Source of the DNA: Candidatus Wukongarchaeum yapensis
GTDB taxonomy: Archaea > Asgardarchaeota > Wukongarchaeia > Wukongarchaeales > Wukongarchaeaceae
DNA: 14,120 nt
Direction: 5' to 3'
Assembly (NCBI GenBank): GCA_016840425.1
Contig: JAEOSI010000034.1
Location: 1-14,120, forward strand
Part shown: positions 7,336 through 14,120 of the stretch, piece after piece
Layout of the letters: each line of letters begins with the position of its first letter
Position numbering within the stretch: position 1 is the stretch's first letter
The notes under the pieces: model-generated
The model's database searches: none
Told to the model about the DNA's origin: nothing
What the model saw: the letters and a program-made list of their open reading frames with translations, nothing else
Program-made: the position numbers and the translations under genes

Positions 7336-8031
7336 TTGAAAATTGAAGGAAACCTTGTTCAAGGCGTTTTTAAAAAAAGACTTAACCGATTTCTAGCCGT
7401 AGTAAACATAGATGGTTCTGAAACCTCTTGTTTTCTCCCTAATCCTGGGCGAATGCACGAGCTATTAGTTCCAGGAACCGAGATGATCCTAAAAGAGATT
7501 AATGATGTTAAAAGAAAGACCCATTATGATATTTTAGGAGTCTTTTATAAGGGTATGATCGTATCAATAGACTCCCGAATCCCCAATAAATTGATATTTG
7601 AAGCCTTAAAAAACGACGAAATAGAGGAATTTTCAGGTTACACCCGCATAAAACCCGAATTTGCTTATGGAAGTAGTAGATTCGATTTCCTCCTAACCAA
7701 TGGAAAACCCTGCATCATCGAAGCAAAATCTTGCACTTTAGTAAATAATGGTGTAGCGCTATTCCCTGATGCAGTAACGGAAAGAGGAAGCAGACATCTC
7801 TTAGAACTCATAAAAGCGAAAAAAGAAGGTTACCGTGCATGCGTCCTATTTTTAGTTCAAAGAATTGACGCAAAATATTTCTCCCCAAACGATGAAACTG
7901 ATACAAAATTTGGAAAAACTTTAAGAGAAGCTTCAAAAAACGGCGTGGAAATATACGCTTATACTTCCGAACTAAAAGGAAACGAAATAAAAATCAAAAA
8001 AAGAATCCCTGTAAAAATTATGATATATTAA
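7336..8031 (+). CDS. sfsA: Sugar fermentation stimulation protein SfsA (nuclease-like DNA-binding protein)
   Basis: Motifs KRLNRF, FLPNPGRM, KPEFAYGSSRFDFLL, EAKSCTLV, FPDAVTERGSRHL and FLVQR. TTG start. Confidence 0.95.
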   Translation: MKIEGNLVQGVFKKRLNRFLAVVNIDGSETSCFLPNPGRMHELLVPGTEMILKEINDVKRKTHYDILGVFYKGMIVSIDSRIPNKLIFEALKNDEIEEFSGYTRIKPEFAYGSSRFDFLLTNGKPCIIEAKSCTLVNNGVALFPDAVTERGSRHLLELIKAKKEGYRACVLFLVQRIDAKYFSPNDETDTKFGKTLREASKNGVEIYAYTSELKGNEIKIKKRIPVKIMIY

Positions 8032-8062
8032 AGCTAAAAATACTATTTTTACCTGTAACGGT

Positions 8063-8503
8063 TTATAATTTAGCTATTGCTTCTCTAATGAACGCCGCCA
8101 TGCGCTCTATTTCCCCTTCCGAAAGAGGCCCTTTCATACCTTCCACACGAACGTCTAAGGGGGGTGCAATAACGTTAAATCCTATTTTTCTCAAATTTTT
8201 CTCGATGCTTTTAGCTGCACTTCCCATACCGGCCCTAGTACCATAAGCTATCGCTTTTTTGCTAGCAAACTCTTCCTTATTTTTAGAAAGCTTCTTCAAA
8301 AACTTCCTCATCTTTCTAGTAGCCCTCAAAATGTGTGTTGGTCCTCCTATTATGACCAAATCTGCTGATTTAACATCATCAATTGTGGCTTCATCCACAA
8401 AGGAACATTTGACCTCCATATCCTTTTCCAAATCTTTGCCTACAGCTTCACATAATTGCTTATTATTCCCAAACTTAGTATCATAGACAATAACACATTT
8501 CAT
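8063..8503 (-). CDS. Flavodoxin-like protein
   Basis: N-terminal FMN-loop-like IVYDTKFGNNKQLCEAV, plus IIGGPTH and AYGT. The ATG at 8503 is preferred over the ORF-track start at 8512. Confidence 0.85.
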   Translation of the reverse strand: MKCVIVYDTKFGNNKQLCEAVGKDLEKDMEVKCSFVDEATIDDVKSADLVIIGGPTHILRATRKMRKFLKKLSKNKEEFASKKAIAYGTRAGMGSAAKSIEKNLRKIGFNVIAPPLDVRVEGMKGPLSEGEIERMAAFIREAIAKL

Positions 8504-8659
8504 TAAAAACACTCTCCAAAACGTAAATCAAATTTCAAACTCAAGAATTCATAAGATCCTCGGCTGAACTTCGCTTGTTTAAGTGGTCATGCTTCTCTAT
8601 CTAAATATTTTATGGTGACTTTCAAAGTCTAGTAATTTCTTGAAAAATTGAAAATTTTT

Positions 8660-10213
8660 TTATTCGAATTCGATGGTTGATGGTGGTTTTTGCGTAATGT
8701 CGTAAAGAACGCGGTTTACTCCTCTTACTTCATTTACGATCCTGTTTGCAATTTTTTCCAGTAATTCGTAGGGCAGCTTTGCCCAGTCTGCGGTCATCGC
8801 ATCATCACTAATAACGGCGCGGACAGCTACTATATAATCATAAGTTCGGAAATCCCCCATAACTCCCACGCTTTTCACAGGTAAGAGGATGGCAAAAGCT
8901 TGCCATAAATCCCTGTAAAATCCCGCTTCTTTAATTTCTTCCACCACGATATCGTCTGCCTCTCTTAATATTTCCAGTTTCTCCAGAGTAACCTCTCCAA
9001 GACAGCGAACAGCAAGGCCAGGTCCCGGGAAAGGATGTCTCCAAACCAAGTCTTGAGGAAGGTCTAACCTTTCAGCAACCGCTCGCACTTCATCCTTATA
9101 AAGATCCCTTATAGGTTCAACAACCTTTAAACGCATCCAAGAAGGTAAAACAACATTATGGTGAGACTTAATCTTTGCAGCTTCCCTGCTCGGTTGAGCG
9201 CTCTCAATTCTATCAGGATAAATAGTACCCTGACCAAGATAATTAAACTCGCCATACTCTTTTGAAAGCTCTTCCGCCTTTTCTTCAAACACTTTTATGA
9301 AAAGTTCCGCTACAGTTTTCCGCTTCTCTTCTGGATCAATAACCCCTTTTAAAGCTTCAAGAAATCTCTCCGAAACGTCAACAAAATGGAAGTGTTTAAA
9401 CTTAAACTTGTCACGAAAAGTTTCAAGAACCTGTTCCACCTCTCCCTTCCTCATTAAACCATTGTCTATAAACACGCAATGAAGATTATCTCCCACCGCC
9501 TTATGAAGAATCAAAGCAGCAGTCGAGGAATCAATGCCCCCACTTACACCCATTAAAACCTTTTCATCTCCCACTTCCTCTCTAAGCTTCCTCGCTGACT
9601 GTCTTATAAAATCTTCAATACCCCAACTGGGTTCGCATCCACAAATCTTTAAGGCGAAATTTTCAAGAATTCTTAAACCTTTTGGCGTGTGTTTGACTTC
9701 CGGGTGAAACTGAACACCAAAAACAGTCATATCAAAACTTTCAAAGGCCGCTATAGGACTGTCATCAGTATAAGCTGTAACCTTTAAATCGGGAGGCAAA
9801 TCAATTACCTGATCCCCATGACTCATCCAAACAGTTTCTTTTTCTTCCCACCCCTCAAAAAGAGAACTATCAGGGGTTTTGATGAAGAGGAGTTTTTTCC
9901 CATACTCCCTCTTTTTCCCAGGCTCTACTCTCCCACCAAGCATGAAAGCTAAAAGCTGATGCCCATAACAGATCCCTAAAACAGGAATTTTATTAGAGGA
10001 AAGAAAATCAAGGATTTCAAACTCAATACCGGGAGAAATGTCATCATAAACAGAACCAGGGCCACCGCTTAAAATAACTCCTTGAGGTGAGAGTTTTGAA
10101 AGCTCTTCTACTGAAATCGAGGGGTGAAATATTTCACTATAAACGCCTATTTCACGGATCCTTCGCGCTATTAAATGAACGTATTGACTACCCAAATCTA
10201 TCACAATTATCAT
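8660..10213 (-). CDS. guaA: GMP synthase (glutamine-hydrolysing), single-chain glutaminase plus synthetase
   Basis: Motifs DLGSQY, LSGGPGSV, GICYGHQ (catalytic Cys), QFHPEV, PP-loop SGGIDSS, QGTIYPD, RHPFPGPGL and KPPSTIEFE. The ATG at 10213 is preferred over the TTG at 10222. Confidence 0.97.
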   Translation of the reverse strand: MIIVIDLGSQYVHLIARRIREIGVYSEIFHPSISVEELSKLSPQGVILSGGPGSVYDDISPGIEFEILDFLSSNKIPVLGICYGHQLLAFMLGGRVEPGKKREYGKKLLFIKTPDSSLFEGWEEKETVWMSHGDQVIDLPPDLKVTAYTDDSPIAAFESFDMTVFGVQFHPEVKHTPKGLRILENFALKICGCEPSWGIEDFIRQSARKLREEVGDEKVLMGVSGGIDSSTAALILHKAVGDNLHCVFIDNGLMRKGEVEQVLETFRDKFKFKHFHFVDVSERFLEALKGVIDPEEKRKTVAELFIKVFEEKAEELSKEYGEFNYLGQGTIYPDRIESAQPSREAAKIKSHHNVVLPSWMRLKVVEPIRDLYKDEVRAVAERLDLPQDLVWRHPFPGPGLAVRCLGEVTLEKLEILREADDIVVEEIKEAGFYRDLWQAFAILLPVKSVGVMGDFRTYDYIVAVRAVISDDAMTADWAKLPYELLEKIANRIVNEVRGVNRVLYDITQKPPSTIEFE

Positions 10214-10410
10214 TAAATTCAACCCCTTTAGTATTAGATTTCATTAGATTTAGTCAAATTAATGTTTAGAGCTGATAAATATTTTAACCTCTCTTTATTT
10301 TCTGCTGTATCCTTAGAGGTTCTAATAATTTTTCCTAAAAAAGAAGGTCATGTGATAAGTGTTTTTCTTTTTTCTTTAGCTATCCTTTTTATAGACTTTT
10401 AGCTGATTAT

Positions 10411-10731
10411 TTAATCTATTTCATCGCATATAGACCATTCTACACCCCATTTTCTCATATCGTCAAAAAGCGCTTTTAAATCCAAGCCTTTCTCTGTGAG
10501 AGAATATTCGACCCTTATTGGGAATTCTGAGTAAATTTTTCTTTGCACAATTTCTTTTTCTGCTAATTTTTTCAAACTTTCTGATAATACTTTTGACGAT
10601 ATACCTTTAACTGATTCCTTAAGTTCGTTGAACCCTTTTGACTTTTTCGTCAATTCGAAAATAATTATCAAATACCATTTTTTACCTATAATCTTAATCG
10701 TTTCTTTAACGGGGCATAATTCCTCTGGCAT
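10411..10731 (-). CDS. HxlR-family winged-helix transcriptional regulator
   Basis: Motifs CPV...IIGKKW, FNEL, GISSKVLSESLKKL and RVEYSLTEKG, with the N-terminal Cys typical of the family. Confidence 0.92.
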   Translation of the reverse strand: MPEELCPVKETIKIIGKKWYLIIIFELTKKSKGFNELKESVKGISSKVLSESLKKLAEKEIVQRKIYSEFPIRVEYSLTEKGLDLKALFDDMRKWGVEWSICDEID

Positions 10732-10840
10732 AAAGATTCATCCTTGCCTAGTATTTAGTTTATATTTGTGAAGTTTACCCTTACATATAAAAGTTACTAA
10801 CATATATCTAGTATAAATTGGTAATTTAGCTTTCTCTGCT

Positions 10841-10954
10841 GGAAATCCCTTTGCGAAAGCTAGGGGATGAAAGCCGATAAAAACAGAAACATATATCGCC
10901 TTTCACCACCTGCATCATACTAACGCCTGATTCAGAGCATTTATGCAAACTGAG
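10841..10954 (+). ncRNA. Candidate structured RNA (5' leader or sRNA)
   Basis: A GAAA-capped hairpin at 10845-10868, a 15/18-bp hairpin at 10862-10911 and a weak third stem near 10931-10954. A TATA-like GTATAAAT at 10811-10818 lies about 25 nt upstream. No family was assigned. Confidence 0.3.
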
Positions 10955-11043
10955 TAACGCTAGTACAAAAACTCCCTCTCAAAAATCTACCCAGAAATTT
11001 AAAAATCCCTTATTTTTTAGCTTTTTGCAAAGAGGTTTTAAAA

Positions 11044-11460
11044 TTGACCGTAAAATATGCAAGACCTTTTGGCGTAACCCTCCTCGCTATCGTAGGGTTT
11101 CTTGTTGCCCTATTTCTTATAGCGGCTGGGGCTTTAATCCTTGATGATCCTGCAGGAATGGCAGCAGAAATAGATGATCCTGATATAAGTGAAGACGATG
11201 TTAAAATGACAGGTTATATAGCTCTTGCTATCGGTATTTTCGCCCTCCTTATGGCTATAGGCTTCTGGACCACCCAAACATGGGCATGGATACTAGGAAT
11301 ATTAATAACCCTCGCAGTCATCGGCTATTCCGCTTATATCCTATACACTATAGGTCTACAGGAGAAAACTTACGGAGATGTCGGAGTAGTAGTTGGAGGA
11401 CTCATAATGCTAGGATATTTGCTTTTCGATAAAGATGTTAGGCTGGCTTTCTCGGACTAA
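11044..11460 (+). CDS. Uncharacterised ~4-TM membrane protein
   Basis: 138 aa with an RPFGVTLLAI-type start, four hydrophobic segments and an acidic loop. GAGGT RBS before a TTG start. Confidence 0.8.
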   Translation: MTVKYARPFGVTLLAIVGFLVALFLIAAGALILDDPAGMAAEIDDPDISEDDVKMTGYIALAIGIFALLMAIGFWTTQTWAWILGILITLAVIGYSAYILYTIGLQEKTYGDVGVVVGGLIMLGYLLFDKDVRLAFSD

Positions 11461-11462
11461 AA

Positions 11463-11490
11463 AACCCTTTTTTCTCAACCCTTTTTTTTA
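11463..11490 (+). terminator. Oligo-T archaeal terminator candidate
   Basis: Two aaccc-T-run blocks immediately after the stop codon. Confidence 0.45.
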
Positions 11491-11630
11491 CAGGTTGACC
11501 AAAGACTTTTATCCTTCTATTCTTAAATATTTATTCTTAAGGGTAGAGAGTTTCAAACACAGTTAATATCGTGTTTTCACTGATCCCTTAAAATTTACGG
11601 GAAATTGAAGCTGTATTTGGTGATCTTTTT

Positions 11631-12842
11631 TTGGTCAATAAAGAAGAAGCTGAAGTTAGTGATAAGAGTCGTGTTTTAAAGCGGAACATAGTACTTTTAG
11701 GTCTTGTAAGTTTGATCACGGATGTAAGTAGCGAGATCATGATGCCAGTCCTACCCTTGTTCATCGTGGCTTTAGGGGGTTCTGCCATCGTTATAGGCCT
11801 AATAGGAGGTGTAAGTGATAGTATAGCCAGTTTCTTCGAAGTTCTTTCAGGTCGTCTTTCAGACAAGTTCAGACAAAGAAAAAAGTTCGTTGTGGGAGGT
11901 TATTCCACTTCCGCCGTCTCAAAGTTAGGAATAGCCTTTTCAGTGACGTGGCCCCAGGTTTTCATAACTAGGTCCATCGAACGGACAGGGAAAGGGTTAA
12001 GGGATGCTCCTCGTGACGCCATAATCGCTGGCTCCATTTCAAAAGAAGTCAGGGGTAAAGCTTTCGGTATACATCGAGCAATGGATACGACGGGGGCCAT
12101 TTTTGGAGCCTTCTTAGCCTACGTGTTTTTCTGGCATTTCGGCTTAAGTTTAAGAGCGATCATAGCAATAGGCGCCTTTCTAGCCTTTTTTGCCCTCATA
12201 CCCCTCATCCCCGTTAAAGAGCCTAAAGAGTTCAAAGGAAAAGAAGATATAAAAATCGGGTGGGATCTTCCGGAGTCTATTAAAATGTTTTTAATAGTTG
12301 CTACCCTCTTCGCCTTGGCTAATTTCAGCTATATGTTTTTCATTATTTTCGCCCAACAAAACCTAAAATATGAGGAAGATCAAGCCACTGCTATAGCCAT
12401 CCTCCTCTACGTACTTTTCAACATAGTTTACGCGTCTTTCGCGGTACCTTCTGGAATTTTATCAGACAAACTAGGGAGAAAAAAAGTATTAGTGGCAGGT
12501 TACACCCTATTTGGTTTCATGTGTTTAGGATTCGCGATAAGCAAATCTCTGCTCTCCATGATAATCTTATTCATCGCATACGGAGCAGCATTCGCCCTGA
12601 TCCGAGGAAATGAACGTGCTTTCATATCAGATTTAGCCCAACCAGAAAGGAGAGGATATGCCCTAGGATCTTTCCACGCTATGGTAGGGTTTGCAGCTTT
12701 GCCTTCAAGCTTAATAGCAGGATTTTTATGGGAGTATTTTAGTGCAACAGCCACTTTTCTCTACGGAAGCATCATGGCCTTTATTGCCGCCACCTTCTTC
12801 CTCCTACAAAAATACCCAGAAAAAACCAAGCTAAAAACCTAA
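11631..12842 (+). CDS. Major facilitator superfamily transporter
   Basis: 403 aa with about 12 TM segments. Motif-A-like GRLSDKFRQRK and GILSDKLGRKK. GGTGAT RBS at 11620-11625 before a TTG start. Confidence 0.93.
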   Translation: MVNKEEAEVSDKSRVLKRNIVLLGLVSLITDVSSEIMMPVLPLFIVALGGSAIVIGLIGGVSDSIASFFEVLSGRLSDKFRQRKKFVVGGYSTSAVSKLGIAFSVTWPQVFITRSIERTGKGLRDAPRDAIIAGSISKEVRGKAFGIHRAMDTTGAIFGAFLAYVFFWHFGLSLRAIIAIGAFLAFFALIPLIPVKEPKEFKGKEDIKIGWDLPESIKMFLIVATLFALANFSYMFFIIFAQQNLKYEEDQATAIAILLYVLFNIVYASFAVPSGILSDKLGRKKVLVAGYTLFGFMCLGFAISKSLLSMIILFIAYGAAFALIRGNERAFISDLAQPERRGYALGSFHAMVGFAALPSSLIAGFLWEYFSATATFLYGSIMAFIAATFFLLQKYPEKTKLKT

Positions 12843-12980
12843 AAAAAACAACTATATAAAATAATTCAGCAAATAGACTTGGGCCGAGAGATCTATTAAC
12901 ATTTTTTAGTTTAAATTTGAAACGAACTTAAAGAAAAATTTACACATAATTAGAAAAAATCATATCTTTTTAATAAAAAA
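12808..12980 (+). repeat. Copy 2 of the ~170-bp inverted repeat; overlaps the last ~11 codons of the MFS gene
   Basis: Reverse complement of 4133-4303 (see copy 1). Confidence 0.95.
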
Positions 12981-13078
12981 ATATACACGTAGAATTCAAA
13001 AAAAGTATATATTATGGCTTTGAGAAGCTTTTTTCCGTGTAAGAACTGGTGATACGTTTCAGTGATTAGGTAAAAAAC

Positions 13079-13210
13079 ATGTCTAATGAAGAGGTTTTAA
13101 AAGGATTAGCTAAAGCCGTAATCGAAGGCGATGTAGAAGAATCCGCCACAAAGAAAAAAACGGAAAACCTCTCCCCTAATCACCCTCTCATAAAACCCCG
13201 CGAATGTTAA
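13079..13210 (+). pseudogene. Truncated corrinoid (B12-binding methyltransferase-cognate) protein, N-terminal cap only
   Basis: MSNEEVLKGLAKAVIEGDVEE resembles the start of MttC/MtmC-like corrinoid proteins. Similarity is lost after about 21 codons and the frame stops after 43 aa. Confidence 0.62.
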
Positions 13211-13276
13211 CTTTTTTTTCAGAACCACGAAGAACCCCTAGAGCAAGTTTTGGAAGAAGATTGACTGGTTATCATA

Positions 13277-14120
13277 AAAAACTTTCAAAACCAGCCCACT
13301 TAAAAAATCTTCTCTCAAAACAGTTTTATCCTCTGGTCAAGGGATGAAAAATGGCTAAAACTGATGATGTAATAGTTGATGAAACCGATAGGGCAATAGT
13401 TAGAGAACTTTTAAAGAACGCGCGAAAAACCTACACGGAAATCGGAGAAATCATCGGATATACAACAATGGGTGCAAAAAAAAGAGTGGACAAACTCTTA
13501 GAAAACAAACTAATCACGACCACAATCCTCACTAACGTAAAAGAATTCAAACTAAATCTCGCCCTTGTTTTCTTAGAGGTGAGAAATGCTGAAAAATTAA
13601 GGGAAATCTTTGTAAAGTTTGAAAAATGCCCGAGTGTAATCTATGTTTTTAAGACCCTTGGCAAATACAACCTAATAGCCCTAATAAGTGCAGAAGACGA
13701 AGATACACTAAAAAGCTTAATCGCTAGGAATTTTTCTATTAGAACTCAGGAAGGCATCTGGAGTTCCGAATTTTACCCAATATGTGGGATCTTTTACTCC
13801 CCTTTCCTCCCAATGAGGAAAGACGTGTGCCAAAAAGCCTCAGATAAAAGCCCTTGCGGCGCATACTGCATAACTTGTGAGAGTTTCGAAAAAGATAAAT
13901 GCGTAGGATGCTGGGCAACAAAACACTACAAAGGACGTTTCAAAAATGTTCAACAGGCAAAAGCAAGAAACCAAAAACTTTCAAACCCAGCCCACCTACA
14001 AAATCTTCTTCCAAAGCAGTTTTATTTTTTAGAAAAGGAATTAAAAATGGATAACACCGATGGGGAAATAATTGACGGCACCGATGGGGTAATAGGTCGA
14101 GAACTTTTAAAGAACGCGCG
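13277..14120 (+). repeat. Tandem duplication, 696-bp period (13277-13424 vs 13973-14120+)
   Basis: 28 mismatches in 148 aligned nt with no gaps. The unit starts about 74 bp upstream of each ATG (13351 and 14047). Confidence 0.92.
13351..14120 (+). CDS. Lrp/AsnC-family regulator with Cys-rich C-terminal domain, open past the window end and in frame with a second Lrp-like start (not in ORF track)
   Basis: HTH region DETDRAIVRELLKNARKTYTEIGEIIGYTTMGAKKRVDKL, an AsnC-like ligand-binding region (FKTLGKYNLIALI) and tail PCGAYCITCESFEKDKCVGCW. There is no stop in 256 codons. Confidence 0.88.
   Translation, partial: MAKTDDVIVDETDRAIVRELLKNARKTYTEIGEIIGYTTMGAKKRVDKLLENKLITTTILTNVKEFKLNLALVFLEVRNAEKLREIFVKFEKCPSVIYVFKTLGKYNLIALISAEDEDTLKSLIARNFSIRTQEGIWSSEFYPICGIFYSPFLPMRKDVCQKASDKSPCGAYCITCESFEKDKCVGCWATKHYKGRFKNVQQAKARNQKLSNPAHLQNLLPKQFYFLEKELKMDNTDGEIIDGTDGVIGRELLKNA

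Noticed and set aside
10223-10410. Purine riboswitch upstream of guaA
   Set aside because: No recognisable aptamer core or three-way junction is present, and the region is plain AT-rich sequence.
4133-12980. Composite transposon
   Set aside because: No transposase is present, no target-site duplication is visible, and the cargo is core metabolism.
13204-13347. 47-aa ORF upstream of the Lrp gene
   Set aside because: It has no RBS or recognisable homology. Its 3' half is simply the duplicated upstream region of the Lrp unit.
2126-13921. Short overlapping ORFs in the track (for example 2126-2326, 2175-2366, 2212-2595, 3826-4008, 4749-4949, 4844-5035, 5630-5860, 6699-6914, 7097-7315, 8259-8486, 9297-9482, 10087-10269, 11588-11866, 11900-12100, 12500-12754, 13739-13921)
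   Set aside because: They lie antisense or out of frame within better-supported genes and show no motifs or RBS.
1-14120. Assignment to Asgard archaea or Bathyarchaeia
   Set aside because: The TPR-CHAT, corrinoid and Cys-tailed Lrp content is suggestive, but no diagnostic marker is present. A phylogeny of GuaA, PoK and PPS is needed.

Overview
This is a low-GC archaeal window. The evidence is the archaea-type pantoate kinase/phosphopantothenate synthetase pair, GGTGA/GAGGTG ribosome-binding motifs and TATA-like boxes. The lineage cannot be fixed from sequence alone. Gene content, left to right: (1) a 5'-truncated TPR-CHAT (caspase-like) protease with 14 indel-free 120-bp repeats and an intact His/Cys dyad; (2) a rearranged, T-rich zone (about 3.3-4.7 kb) holding a small CxxC-x17-CxxC gene, a small membrane-protein ORF and several copied fragments of nearby gene 3' ends; (3) a housekeeping block with an HhH-like hypothetical, pps, pok, sfsA, a flavodoxin, a single-chain guaA, an HxlR regulator, a 4-TM protein and an MFS transporter; (4) a truncated corrinoid-protein start, then an Lrp/AsnC regulator with a Cys-rich tail that reads in frame into a tandem paralogue. 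The ORF track misses the CxxC gene, the Lrp ORF, the corrinoid fragment and the 5' extension of the protease. The most unusual signals are non-coding or structural: a ~170-bp inverted repeat bracketing 8.5 kb, a direct-repeat/inverted-repeat-bounded 1.3-kb segment at the 3' end of the HhH-like gene, a 696-bp tandem duplication producing an in-frame Lrp fusion, a candidate structured RNA leader, and position-restricted variation in the TPR array. No tRNA, rRNA, CRISPR array, transposase or integrase is visible.
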